A stretch of DNA of 64,000 nt from contig JAGGXI010000038.1 in NCBI GenBank assembly GCA_021163155.1, forward strand, positions 7,731-71,730, in the 5' to 3' direction. The stretch's first letter is position 1, and each line of letters begins with the position of its first letter. Shown in pieces: positions 1 to 9,681 of the stretch. The DNA is from Candidatus Aerophobota bacterium (GTDB taxonomy: Bacteria > Aerophobota > Aerophobia > Aerophobales > JAGGXI01). Made by a program: the position numbers and the translations under genes. The notes under the pieces were generated by a model. The model ran no database searches. It was not told where the DNA came from and saw only the letters and a list, made by a program, of their open reading frames with translations.

Positions 1-42
1 ACGGAATTCTAAATTAAGTTTTAAGGAGACTTATATAAATCT

Positions 43-690
43 ATGCCAATAAATCCTAAAAGAAGAGTTAGACATACAAATGTGGAAGAGAAGACTTTCG
101 AGGCTCTTAAAGATATGATTTTAGTACAGGAGTTAAAACCTGGGGAGAGAATAATCCAGGATTCTGTTGCTAATAATCTTGGAGTGAGCAGAACACCAGT
201 AAAGAAAGCTTTAACAAAACTTGCTGAATTAGGGCTGGTTACTGTCAATTTAAAAGGACAAATTTATGTCAAAAGATTCTCTAAAAAGGAGATGCTGGCA
301 ACATATGATGTTCGAGAGGTATTGGAAGGATTATCTGCAAGACTGGCAGCAGAAAAGATAGGGGAGAAGGATATAAAAAAGATGCGAGAGATGTTTACTT
401 GTTTAAAGGAATCCGTAGGCGAATCCCCTTCTAAATTATATGCAGCTACTGATTTAAAATTTCATGAGTTTTTAGCACAGAAAAGTGGCAATGAGGTTTT
501 GTGTAAAATTATTCAAGGTTTTGGTATTCAAATTGCTGCATTTGAACCAGGAGTATTTAGATCTCCCAAAGATACTTTAAAGGACCATCTTAAAATCATT
601 GATGCTTTGGCGAATCATAATGGAGAGTTAGCTGAAACTTTGATGCGTACGCATATTAGAGCTACAAGAAAAAAAATTGCAAATTCATAA
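43..690 (+). CDS. GntR-family (FCD/FadR-type) transcriptional regulator
   Basis: N-terminal wHTH 'LKPGERI...LGVSRTPVKKAL'; FCD signature 'DLKFHEFLAQKSGN...DHLKIIDAL'; AGGAG RBS. Confidence 0.93.
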   Translation: MPINPKRRVRHTNVEEKTFEALKDMILVQELKPGERIIQDSVANNLGVSRTPVKKALTKLAELGLVTVNLKGQIYVKRFSKKEMLATYDVREVLEGLSARLAAEKIGEKDIKKMREMFTCLKESVGESPSKLYAATDLKFHEFLAQKSGNEVLCKIIQGFGIQIAAFEPGVFRSPKDTLKDHLKIIDALANHNGELAETLMRTHIRATRKKIANS

Positions 691-713
691 AAAAAGCTTT
701 AAAAGGAGAAAGG

Positions 714-929
714 ATGAAAAAAATTCATATAGATGAAAATCTATGCACAGGATGCGGTATTTGCATAGAATTTTGCCCTAAAAATGTTTTATCTTATTCA
801 CCCCAACGAAGTATTAGAGGAATTTATCCTGCACAGGTAGAAAATTTAGAGACTTGCACTCTCTGTAGGGTGTGTGAGTTATACTGCTCAGCTTTTGCTA
901 TAGCTGTGGAAGGAGAAAAAAATGAATAA
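714..929 (+). CDS. korD: 2x[4Fe-4S] ferredoxin, delta subunit of 2-oxoacid:ferredoxin oxidoreductase
   Basis: CTGCGICIEFCP and CTLCRVCELYC motifs; directly upstream of the alpha subunit. Confidence 0.85.
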   Translation: MKKIHIDENLCTGCGICIEFCPKNVLSYSPQRSIRGIYPAQVENLETCTLCRVCELYCSAFAIAVEGEKNE

Positions 930-2070
930 AAGAATTCTTTCCGGCACTCATCTCTTTCAGGGTGATGAAGCCTGTGTTGAAGGAGCCATAGCTGCCGGCT
1001 GCAATCTATTTGCCGGGTATCCAATTACTCCAGCTACTGAAATTTCTGAAAGACTATCCTGGAGATTATTTGACGTTGGAGGAATCTTTGTCCAGGGTGC
1101 AGATGAGCTTGATTCTTTAACTATTGTTATTGGCGCTGCTTGTGCTGGCTGGAAGTCTATGACCGCCACCTCAGGCAACGGAATATGCCTGATGCAGGAA
1201 TGCATAGGTTACGCAGCTATAACTGAAACTCCCTGCATAATTGTAGATGTGCAAAGAGCAGGCCCAGGAACAGGAGCAGCTACCAAAACTATGCAAGGGG
1301 ATGTCTATCAGGTAAGGTACGGGAGTAACGCCGATTACTCTATAATAGCACTTGCTCCAGAATCTCCACAGGAGATGTTTGACCTCACTGTGGAAGCTTT
1401 TAATCTCTCAGAGACTTATAGAGTGCCTACTTTTATTCTTGCTGATGAGATAGTTGGCCATATGAGAGAGAAAGTGGTCATTCCAGAAAAGGTAAAAATC
1501 ATCCAAAGAAAAAGAGCAAAATTCCCCCCACAGGAATTTCTTCCTTTTAAAGTAGAAAGTGATACCGATGTTCCCCCCATGCCCGCCTTTGGAGAAGGAT
1601 ATAGAATGCCAGTATCTGGCCTTACTCATACAGAAACAGGCTCCCCATCTACAGATTATGAAGTTCAGAAAAGAATGGTTTCCCGGTTGTGGAATAAAGT
1701 TGAAAAAAATGTAGAAAAGATAACCAAAATTGAGTCTGCATATCTGGAGGATGCACAAGTAATAGTTTTAGCTTATGGTTCTGTAGCAAGGTCTGCAAAG
1801 AGTGCTGTCCTTGAAGCAAGAAGACAGGGACTTAAAATAGGTTATCTTAGACTGATAACTATCTGGCCTTTTCCAGATAAAGTTATTGAAAATATTGCAA
1901 AAAGAAAGCCTAAGGCGATAATTTTTCCAGAAATGAATATGGGGAAAATGGTCAGAGAAGTAAAGAGAGTTGCTGGAGAGAGAACAAAGGTTATTTCTTT
2001 TCCTAAACCAGGGGTTGAACTTCATAAACCAAAAGAAATATATAATCTTATAAGGAGGGTAACCAATTGA
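922..2070 (+). CDS. korA: 2-oxoacid:ferredoxin oxidoreductase alpha subunit
   Basis: GYPITPATEI, TATSG, DVQRAGP motifs; substrate not established. Confidence 0.9.
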   Translation: MNKRILSGTHLFQGDEACVEGAIAAGCNLFAGYPITPATEISERLSWRLFDVGGIFVQGADELDSLTIVIGAACAGWKSMTATSGNGICLMQECIGYAAITETPCIIVDVQRAGPGTGAATKTMQGDVYQVRYGSNADYSIIALAPESPQEMFDLTVEAFNLSETYRVPTFILADEIVGHMREKVVIPEKVKIIQRKRAKFPPQEFLPFKVESDTDVPPMPAFGEGYRMPVSGLTHTETGSPSTDYEVQKRMVSRLWNKVEKNVEKITKIESAYLEDAQVIVLAYGSVARSAKSAVLEARRQGLKIGYLRLITIWPFPDKVIENIAKRKPKAIIFPEMNMGKMVREVKRVAGERTKVISFPKPGVELHKPKEIYNLIRRVTN

Positions 2071-2903
2071 AAAAACATCCAGCTTTAAAATATTTTAGAT
2101 TTGATCGCCCAGGAAACCCTCATCTCTGGTGCCCAGGATGTGGAATACCTCAAATATGGTATTATACTATTAAAGCTATAGAGGAATTAAAATTGGATAT
2201 AGATAAAATTTTGTGGGTAGGGGGCAGCGGTTGCACGGGAAGAATGTGTACTTACTGGATAGGGGATTATTTTCATACCCTTCACGGTAGACCATTAGGG
2301 TTTGCCACTGGTGTAAAATTGGCTAATCCTGAGCTTACAGTAATCTGTCATATGGGGGATGGTGAAGTCGCCGGTATTGGTGGAAACCATCTCATCCAAA
2401 CAGCAAGACGAAATGTTGACCTGACAGCTATAGTAGTGAATAACTTTAACTATGGAATGACCGGTGGACAATTCTCGCCCACTACTCCTCGAGGGGCTTT
2501 CACAATGACCTCTCAATTAGGACATATCGAGTATCCTTTTGATTTATGCAAGCTGGCCGCTACTTGCGGAGCTACCTACGTAGCCAGATGGACTACTTTT
2601 CACTCTAGAGCTTTAATTAACTCTATTAAAAAGGGTATCCAAAAAAAAGGACTCTCTTTTATAGAGGTTATATCTCAATGTCCCACTCAATACGGAAGAA
2701 GAAATAAGATTGGGAATGGGATGCAAATGATGAAATGGTTTAAAAGGAGTTCAATAAGGAAAGAAAAAGCAGAAAAAACGCCTAAGGAAGAATTAAAGGA
2801 CAAATTTATTGTTGGCGAATTTGTAGATATAGAAAAGGCTGAATTTGGTGCCTCCTTGAGAGGACTTATTAAAAAAAGGAGAAAAGAAAGTGTCAAGAAT
2901 TGA
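2067..2903 (+). CDS. korB: 2-oxoacid:ferredoxin oxidoreductase beta subunit (TPP-binding)
   Basis: WCPGCG, HTLHGR, GDG...NN TPP motif, YGMTGGQFSPTT. Confidence 0.9.
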   Translation: MKKHPALKYFRFDRPGNPHLWCPGCGIPQIWYYTIKAIEELKLDIDKILWVGGSGCTGRMCTYWIGDYFHTLHGRPLGFATGVKLANPELTVICHMGDGEVAGIGGNHLIQTARRNVDLTAIVVNNFNYGMTGGQFSPTTPRGAFTMTSQLGHIEYPFDLCKLAATCGATYVARWTTFHSRALINSIKKGIQKKGLSFIEVISQCPTQYGRRNKIGNGMQMMKWFKRSSIRKEKAEKTPKEELKDKFIVGEFVDIEKAEFGASLRGLIKKRRKESVKN

Positions 2904-3426
2904 GGTAAGATTAACTGGGTTCGGCGGGCAAGGAGTAGTGCTTTCAGGAATCATTTTAGCCAGAGCGGCGATGTATGATAAAAAGGAGATGGTCCAGACT
3001 CAATCTTATGGTCCCGAGGCAAGGGGCGGAGCTTGCCGATCTGAGGTGGTTATCTCTGAGGAAGCTATACTTTATCCTTTAGTAGAAGAGGCTGATATTT
3101 TGGTAGCTATGTCTCAAGAAGCTCTGGATAAGCATATAGACAGTATAAAAAAAGGAGGAACTTTAATTATAGATTCAGATACAATATCTCGAGTCCCTGA
3201 AAAAATTGGAATTAAAGTGAATAAAGTCCCAGCTACCAGTATAGCCTCAGAAAAATTAGGCAAGGGGATTGTCGCTAATATAGTAATGCTGGGAGCTCTT
3301 ACCAATTTAGCAGATATAGTTAGCAAAGAAGCTATGGAAAAAGCAGTTAAAGAGAGCGTCCCACAAGGAACAGAGGCGATTAATTTAAAGGCATTAGAAG
3401 AAGGTTATCTTTGTGCCCAAAAGTAA
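2890..3426 (+). CDS. korC: 2-oxoacid:ferredoxin oxidoreductase gamma subunit
   Basis: GFGGQGVV, QSYGPEARGG, NIVMLGA motifs. Confidence 0.9.
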   Translation: MSRIEVRLTGFGGQGVVLSGIILARAAMYDKKEMVQTQSYGPEARGGACRSEVVISEEAILYPLVEEADILVAMSQEALDKHIDSIKKGGTLIIDSDTISRVPEKIGIKVNKVPATSIASEKLGKGIVANIVMLGALTNLADIVSKEAMEKAVKESVPQGTEAINLKALEEGYLCAQK

Positions 3427-3490
3427 GGAGGGGAAGAAGGATTAAAGGATTAAAGGGGCAGAGGGAAAAACAAAACAGTGAGAAGTAAAT

Positions 3491-3517
3491 TGGTAGCCGC
3501 AAGGCTCAGAGCCTGCG
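3491..3517 (+). repeat. GTAG-type REP-like hairpin (GGTAGCCGCAAGGCTCAGAGCCTGCG)
   Basis: Near-identical inverted copy at about 58558-58583; related copies at 58437, 58511 and about 32400. Confidence 0.7.
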
Positions 3518-3573
3518 AAGAGGTGATATGTGAGAGGGGAAAACAAGAAAACATTAAAAAACAAGGAGAGGAA

Positions 3574-4779
3574 ATGAGATTATACGAATTTGAAGCTAAG
3601 AATATTTTTGCCTCTTATGGAATCCCTCTTCCTCAAGGAAAAATTATTACTACACCAAAAGAGGCAAAAAAAGTAGCTGAAGAAATCGGTAAGGAGGTAG
3701 CTCTTAAGGCTCAGGTGTTGGTTACAGGAAGAGGAAAATTGGGGGGAGTGAAATTTGCCTCCATCCCTGAAAAGGCCGAAAGTACTGCTTCTAAAATGCT
3801 TAAGGCCAGGATAAAGGGTTACTCTGTAGAACAAATACTAATTGAGGAAAAATTAGTAATAGAGCAAGAATTATATTTAGGGGCTACTTATGATGAAGTA
3901 GCAAAAAAAAGGATAATGATTTGTAGCAGTATGGGCGGTATGGATATAAATGAGGTCTCCCAAAAGCATCCAGAAAAAATATTCAAAGTGTTGATTGACC
4001 CTTTTATAGGGTTTCAACCTTATCAGGCTAAGGAGCTATCATATACATTAGGATTACCTCCCAAGATGTCTAAAACTATTCAATCAATAATACTTAATGT
4101 ATGGGAAATATTTATAAAATTTGATGCTACTCTCACCGAGATAAATCCTTTAGGATTAACAAAAGAAGGTAAGCTGATTATTTGTGATGCTCATATTGAA
4201 ATAGAAGATGATGCTCTATTTAGACAAAAAAAGAGATTGGAAGGGTTTGGTATTAATGAAAGAGAAGATAAAGCTCGTCCTCCAACCGAGTTTGAGATAA
4301 AAGCTGCTGAAATTGACAGGGCGGATTATCGAGGAGTTGCCGGAAGAGTAACTGAGTTTGGTGGTAATCTTGGTTTATTAATTGGAGCGGGCGGAGGCAG
4401 CCTGACTACTTTTGATGCCGTGCTTAATCATGGAGGAAAACCTGCTAATTACTGCGAAGTGGGAGGAAATGCTCCTGTAAGGAAAATATATAATTTAACT
4501 AAACTGATTTTAACCAAACAAAATGTAAAAGGACTGGCAGTAATCACTAATGTATATAGCAACTCAAGAGTGGATTTTATAGCCAGAGGGGTAATTAAAG
4601 CTATGGTAGAATTAGGGATAGACCCTAAAAGGTATCCCATTTTATTTAGGTCTGCTGGCGCCTTTGAAAAAGATGGCTATGCTATCCTTAGAAAGTACGG
4701 TGTAGAGTATTATGGCCGAGAGACTCCAATGGATGAAGCAGCAAGATTGGCGGTAGAGATGATGAAAAAGAGGGAGTAA
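3574..4779 (+). CDS. Succinyl-CoA synthetase beta-like ADP-forming acyl-CoA ligase (divergent)
   Basis: MRLYEFEAK start after AGGAG RBS (ATG 3574, in frame with ORF 3478); KAQV..GRGK.GGV and EINPL ATP-grasp motifs; C-terminal ligase motifs diverge from SucC. Confidence 0.85.
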   Translation: MRLYEFEAKNIFASYGIPLPQGKIITTPKEAKKVAEEIGKEVALKAQVLVTGRGKLGGVKFASIPEKAESTASKMLKARIKGYSVEQILIEEKLVIEQELYLGATYDEVAKKRIMICSSMGGMDINEVSQKHPEKIFKVLIDPFIGFQPYQAKELSYTLGLPPKMSKTIQSIILNVWEIFIKFDATLTEINPLGLTKEGKLIICDAHIEIEDDALFRQKKRLEGFGINEREDKARPPTEFEIKAAEIDRADYRGVAGRVTEFGGNLGLLIGAGGGSLTTFDAVLNHGGKPANYCEVGGNAPVRKIYNLTKLILTKQNVKGLAVITNVYSNSRVDFIARGVIKAMVELGIDPKRYPILFRSAGAFEKDGYAILRKYGVEYYGRETPMDEAARLAVEMMKKRE

Positions 4780-4782
4780 AAA

Positions 4783-5688
4783 ATGGCTATATTAATTGAT
4801 GAAAAAACTAAGGTGATAATTCAGGGTATTACGGGAAGGGAAGCGGTAACCTTTACCAGAGGAATGCTTGATTATGGAACAAAAGTAGTTGCTGGAGTAA
4901 CTCCAGACAAGGAAGGACAAAAAATATATGGTGTACCTGTATACAATTGTGTAAAAACTGCTTTGAAAAATCATAAAGCGAATACTTCTATTGTCTCTGT
5001 TCCTCCCAGATTTGCCAAAGATGCTACCTTTGAGGCTATAGATGCTGGAATTAAATTAATAAATGTATTTACAGAAAGGATCCCCCGAGCCGATGTTATA
5101 GAAATGATAGCTTTTGCTAAACAGAGAGAGGCAAGAATCGTTGGGCCTAACTCTCTGGGTATGATTTCTCCAGGAAAAATAAAATTGGGTTCTATAGGAG
5201 GACCTGTAGATGAATGTAATAAAGCTTTCACTCCCGGAAATGTGGCTGTTCTCTCTCGAAGTGGGGGAATGCTTGTAGAAACCTGCAGTCAGCTCTCTTT
5301 AAATGGGATAGGCCAAAGTATTGCTATAAACATTGGCGGAGACCCCATAATAGGCTCTACCTTTTATGAACTTCTTCCCTTATTAGAAAAAGACCTTCAA
5401 ACAAAAGTAATAGTGCTTTTCTGCGAGCCGGGAACTGTTCAGGAAGAGATAACGGCTAAATTTGTTAAAGAAGCCTCTTACACAAAACCTATTGTAGTTT
5501 TTATTGCTGGAAGCTTTGTAGATAATATGCAAGGGATGAGATTTGGGCATGCAGCAGTAATTGTTCATGGAGAGATGGGTTCTACTAAAGTAAAAGCCCG
5601 TATAATGAGAGAAGCTGGAATAAGAGTTGTAGATTACCATTCACAAATTGTAACTGAAGTAAGAAAAATATTAAAAGAGATTTCTTGA
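4783..5688 (+). CDS. Succinyl-CoA synthetase alpha-like subunit
   Basis: IQGITG CoA-binding motif, GPNSLG, SRSGG, GGDPI, phospho-His motif RFGHA. Confidence 0.88.
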   Translation: MAILIDEKTKVIIQGITGREAVTFTRGMLDYGTKVVAGVTPDKEGQKIYGVPVYNCVKTALKNHKANTSIVSVPPRFAKDATFEAIDAGIKLINVFTERIPRADVIEMIAFAKQREARIVGPNSLGMISPGKIKLGSIGGPVDECNKAFTPGNVAVLSRSGGMLVETCSQLSLNGIGQSIAINIGGDPIIGSTFYELLPLLEKDLQTKVIVLFCEPGTVQEEITAKFVKEASYTKPIVVFIAGSFVDNMQGMRFGHAAVIVHGEMGSTKVKARIMREAGIRVVDYHSQIVTEVRKILKEIS

Positions 5689-5699
5689 GGGGGGTTATT

Positions 5700-5915
5700 A
5701 TGGGAATGTTTATCCAGATAAAAATTGATAAAGACAGATGTCAGGCTTCTTTAAATGATTGTAGAGAATGTATTAATATTTGCCCTGTAGATGTCTTTCA
5801 GTTTAAAGATGGACAGATAGTAACTATACCTTATAATGAAGATGAGTGCACTTTATGTTATATGTGTGAGAAAAAATGTCCTGATAAGGCAATAAAGGTT
5901 GTAAAACTCTATTAA
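5700..5915 (+). CDS. 4Fe-4S ferredoxin
   Basis: C..CRECINICP and CTLCYMCEKKCP; ATG at 5700 after GAGGGGG. Confidence 0.85.
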   Translation: MGMFIQIKIDKDRCQASLNDCRECINICPVDVFQFKDGQIVTIPYNEDECTLCYMCEKKCPDKAIKVVKLY

Positions 5916-5977
5916 TTTATAAACCTAAATTGGGCGATTTAAATTTTGTTCACTAAAATAATATCTGGAGGGAAAAT

Positions 5978-7363
5978 ATGAATAATCTTGATATGATTAT
6001 TAAGTCAAAAAATGTATTTATAGATGGCAGATTAATAGATTGCAGTATAGGAATAAAAGAAGGGAAGATTGCATCGATAAGCAAAACAGAATTAGAAAAA
6101 GCTAAGATAATTATTGATGCAAAAGAGAAAATTGTATTACCAGGCACTATAGACCCGCATGTGCATATAAGAGCTCCTGGACATGAAGAAAGGGAGACAT
6201 TTGAGACAGGTACAAAAGCAGCTGCAGCAGGTGGGGTTACCACATTAATTGAACATCCAATCTCTACCCCACCACCACATTCTCCAGAACTGGTAAAAAG
6301 AAGGATGGAGATAGCAAAAAATCAAATTGTAGTTGATATTGCATTTTTTGGTGCTGCAGGCATAGAATATTTAGATGATATTATTCCTTGCTCGAAAACT
6401 GGTATTGTTGCATTTAAAACTTTCTTGCATGAGGCTCCCAAAGGAAGAGAAAAAGAATTCGAAGGACTTACTGCACCCTTAGACGGGGACCTATACGAAG
6501 TTATGAAAAAAATAGCCAGAACAAATCTTTTAGCTGCCTTTCATGCAGAAAATAATAGCATAATAAAAAATCAAATTAAGATTTTTAGAGATAAAGGGGA
6601 AACCTCTCCAATTTATCATGTTAAATCTCGACCACCAATTGCTGAAATAGAGGCAACTTCAAAAATTTTATTATTTGCTGAAGAAACTGGTGCAAGGGTT
6701 CAAATATGTCACATCACCACACCAAGAGCTGTTGAATTAATAAATGATGCAAAAAGAAGGGGTATAGATGTAATAGCAGAAACATGCCCTCAATACTTAC
6801 TACTTAATGAGGAATACCTTAACAAATATGGTGCATATGCCAAATGTAACCCACCGCTTAGAACTGAGGAAGAGCGAAAAGCTATGTGGAGACTGGTAAA
6901 CGATGGAAGCATTGATACAATAGGTAGCGACCATGCTCCTTACACAAGGGAAGAAAAAGAGAGAGGCAAGGATAATATATTTAAGGCACCTTCAGGCTTA
7001 CCTGGTATTGAACAGAGATTACCCCTACTTTTCACTAAAGTAAAAGAGGGAGAACTTGCTTTAGGAAGAATGGTAGACCTTATTAGTAGAAACCCTGCAA
7101 AAATATTTGGTCTGTATCCAGGAAAAGGGACAATTACGATTGGCTCTGATGCAGATTTTGTAATTATTGATCCAAATAAAAAGGAAATTATCTCAAGAGA
7201 TAAAATGTTTACTAAAGTAAGAGATGTTGCAAAAGTATATGAAGGATGGGAGGTTTATGGAATACCTGAGATTACCATAGTCCGAGGAAATGTAGTTTTT
7301 GATAATGGTGAAATAAAGGTTTCTCCAGGATATGGGAAAATTATAAAACGACAACAGCATTGA
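5978..7363 (+). CDS. Cyclic amidohydrolase, allantoinase/dihydroorotase family
   Basis: DPHVH, AAAGGVTT, carbamylated-Lys FKTF, HAEN, CHIT, KCNPPLR, GSDHAP. Confidence 0.9.
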   Translation: MNNLDMIIKSKNVFIDGRLIDCSIGIKEGKIASISKTELEKAKIIIDAKEKIVLPGTIDPHVHIRAPGHEERETFETGTKAAAAGGVTTLIEHPISTPPPHSPELVKRRMEIAKNQIVVDIAFFGAAGIEYLDDIIPCSKTGIVAFKTFLHEAPKGREKEFEGLTAPLDGDLYEVMKKIARTNLLAAFHAENNSIIKNQIKIFRDKGETSPIYHVKSRPPIAEIEATSKILLFAEETGARVQICHITTPRAVELINDAKRRGIDVIAETCPQYLLLNEEYLNKYGAYAKCNPPLRTEEERKAMWRLVNDGSIDTIGSDHAPYTREEKERGKDNIFKAPSGLPGIEQRLPLLFTKVKEGELALGRMVDLISRNPAKIFGLYPGKGTITIGSDADFVIIDPNKKEIISRDKMFTKVRDVAKVYEGWEVYGIPEITIVRGNVVFDNGEIKVSPGYGKIIKRQQH

Positions 7364-7453
7364 GGATAAGGATTAATCTCTCTTTTTAAGAACTTTCTGC
7401 GATCACTTGATAGTACCAAAAAAGTATTAGTTTGCCAGGTTTATGGGTATCAA

Positions 7454-7633
7454 GGGATTTTCCCTGAAGGAGCCTTATAAGTTTGGGTAGATAAGTAGAG
7501 AGTGAATGAGTAGATGAGAAAAAGAGTAAATGCTAATGCATAAAGATGATGAGAAGGACTGTTCCTCTTACCCATCAACCCATCATTCCATTCACCCATT
7601 TACTCCTAAACAGCGATGGAGAGGAAGAATCCC
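7454..7633 (+). repeat. Structured intergenic repeat, family C (GGGATTTTCCCTGAAGGAGCC...CAGCGATGGAGAGGAAGAATCCC), with inverted 8-mer arrays inside
   Basis: Homologous copy at 52621-52716 and partial inverted copy at about 53833-53900. Confidence 0.7.
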
Positions 7634-7643
7634 GAGATATTCT

Positions 7644-7843
7644 TGACAGCTAGCTTTTGGAGGAAAATCCTTTTATAAAATAGGGAACGGTCGCGACCGT
7701 TCCCTACCTCAATAAATGTGGAATCTGTGATTTTGAAATTAATCTTTCTCTTCTTACATAGATCGTTATTAATGCAAATATTACGGATTTCAAGATATTC
7801 TAAAAATCTAACAAGATGAGTTTCCTACAAAAGTTGGTTGACA
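7644..7843. mobile_element. MITE-like element, family D, with TG...CA ends and an internal 26-bp perfect palindrome (7681-7706)
   Basis: Imperfect TIR TGACAGCTAGCTTTTGGAGGAAA / TTTCCTACAAAAGTTGGTTGACA; about 130 bp nearly identical, inverted, at 58252-58391. Confidence 0.7.
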
Positions 7844-8037
7844 AAAAAAGGGAATAATATAAAGATAAGGTTTGATTTTGATAAGGAAAAGGCTAAAAAT
7901 AAGACCAAAAGGAGGTGAGAGAATAAATATAGTTATTAGCTGGGGAGAGAGAGTTTCGGAAGAAAGAATATATTAAATAACTAAATTTTTTAAAAATCTT
8001 TTAGGGAAAATAAATAATATCAAGGAGGCTGTGAAAG

Positions 8038-9618
8038 ATGGTAAATACGAGATGGAAATTGTTAGTTAAGAATATGACGATGCTGATATTAATAGTCTTT
8101 ACAATGGCGCTTTTTATCGGAATCGGCAGTGCTAACGAAGTAAAACCAACTTATGGAGGTACGCTAAAGGTTGGTGTATATAGACCTATTCCTAGCTTAG
8201 CCTATTATAGATCCTATGATGTGTCGCAAAATCTGACAACTATGGCAATCTGGGATACTTTGCTTCAATATGATGAAAACGGAAATCTATTACCTTGTCT
8301 TGCAGAGTCATGGGAAGTCCCAGATGCCAAAACAATTGTGCTTCATCTTAGAGAAGGAGTAAAATTTCACGATGGAAACACAATGGATGCAGAAGACGTT
8401 GTTGCAAGTATCAAATTTGCTACTTCACCAGAGGCAAAATCTCCTATGGCCTGGATGTTTGATTCAATGGAGAGCATAAAGGCACTGGATAATTTAACAG
8501 TACAAATAAATCTTAAGACACCAAGTACTGTTGATATTTTATATGCCTTAGCTACAGGTGAAGGCGGTGTTACCAGCAAGGAGGCTATAAAGAAATACGG
8601 TGTTGGACTTGGGGAACATCCAATAGGTGCAGGGCCATTTAAATTAGAAAAGTGGGAAAGGGGAAGTCGCGCAGTATTGGTTAAATTCGATGACTATTGG
8701 CAAAAAGGGAAACCTTATCTGGATAAAATTATCTTCAACATTATACAGGAAGAGTTTACAAACCTTACAAGTCTCAAGAGTGGAGATATTAACATGGCGT
8801 ATAGGATATCCTATAAGAATTTGAAATTACTTACAAATGTAGAAGATATTAACATCAATGCTTTTCCTACCTATAACATTTACTATCTTGCTTTAAAAGA
8901 CAATAAAGCTCCATTTAATGATGTGCGGGTTAGAAAAGCATTAAATTATGCTATTGATAGAAAAGCGTTAACAGAAGCCGTTACCTTTGGCTACGCTGTC
9001 CCGGCAATAACAGGTATTCCACCAAACTTAGCAGGTTCATTAGCAGGAATTGAGCCTCTGTATCCTTATGATCCAAAAAAAGCAAGGGAGCTTTTGAAGG
9101 AAGCAGGATATCCAAATGGTTTTTCATTTGAAGCGATAATTGGCGCTGTATCCCCTGATTTGGAGACAGGTTTAGTGCTTCAAAGGTATTTTAAGGCAAT
9201 TGGCGTTGACCTTAAACTTGTTGCAGAAGAACCAAGTACTATGTGGAGCCATCTACAAGCAGGAGCTTATAAGGATGCTGCTTTCAGTTTTTGGTATCCT
9301 GACTTCCCAGATGCCATGGGGACGCTTAGGCCTTTTTATTACTCAACAAATGCACCACCAGAAGGTTGCTGCAACTTTTCCTACTATGCCAATAAAGAGG
9401 TGGATAGATTATTAGATGAAGCAGCAAAAGAAACCGATAATGAGAGAAGAAGCAAGCTTTATATAGAAGTAAATAAGATACTTTACAATGATGCTGCAAA
9501 AGTATGGCTATACCACGTTCAGGAAGCATTACCTGCGTTAGCTAAAGTAAAAGGATTCAAGGCCGGTCCAATGTTTGGCTTCCAACACCTTATGACAGAT
9601 GTCTGGCTGGGGAAATAA
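8038..9618 (+). CDS. ABC transporter substrate-binding protein, family 5 (DppA/OppA-like)
   Basis: Signal peptide; LAESWE, LREGVKFHDG, PIGAGPF, DVRVRKALNYAIDR, YDPKKARELLKEAGY. Confidence 0.93.
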   Translation: MVNTRWKLLVKNMTMLILIVFTMALFIGIGSANEVKPTYGGTLKVGVYRPIPSLAYYRSYDVSQNLTTMAIWDTLLQYDENGNLLPCLAESWEVPDAKTIVLHLREGVKFHDGNTMDAEDVVASIKFATSPEAKSPMAWMFDSMESIKALDNLTVQINLKTPSTVDILYALATGEGGVTSKEAIKKYGVGLGEHPIGAGPFKLEKWERGSRAVLVKFDDYWQKGKPYLDKIIFNIIQEEFTNLTSLKSGDINMAYRISYKNLKLLTNVEDININAFPTYNIYYLALKDNKAPFNDVRVRKALNYAIDRKALTEAVTFGYAVPAITGIPPNLAGSLAGIEPLYPYDPKKARELLKEAGYPNGFSFEAIIGAVSPDLETGLVLQRYFKAIGVDLKLVAEEPSTMWSHLQAGAYKDAAFSFWYPDFPDAMGTLRPFYYSTNAPPEGCCNFSYYANKEVDRLLDEAAKETDNERRSKLYIEVNKILYNDAAKVWLYHVQEALPALAKVKGFKAGPMFGFQHLMTDVWLGK

Positions 9619-9681
9619 GGCTTTAGAAAAAATTTCGATTATAGTAATTATGAGTTAAAGGACAAGCTCATAGGTTAATTG

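Noticed and set aside
3478..3573. N-terminal extension of the SucC-like ORF
   Set aside because: It spans a REP hairpin. The family-typical start MRLYE with an RBS is at 3574.
7485..7532. TRAP-binding (G/U)AG repeat tract
   Set aside because: Only a few triplets have 2-nt spacing. The tract is better explained as an 8-mer array with an inverted partner at 7568-7606.
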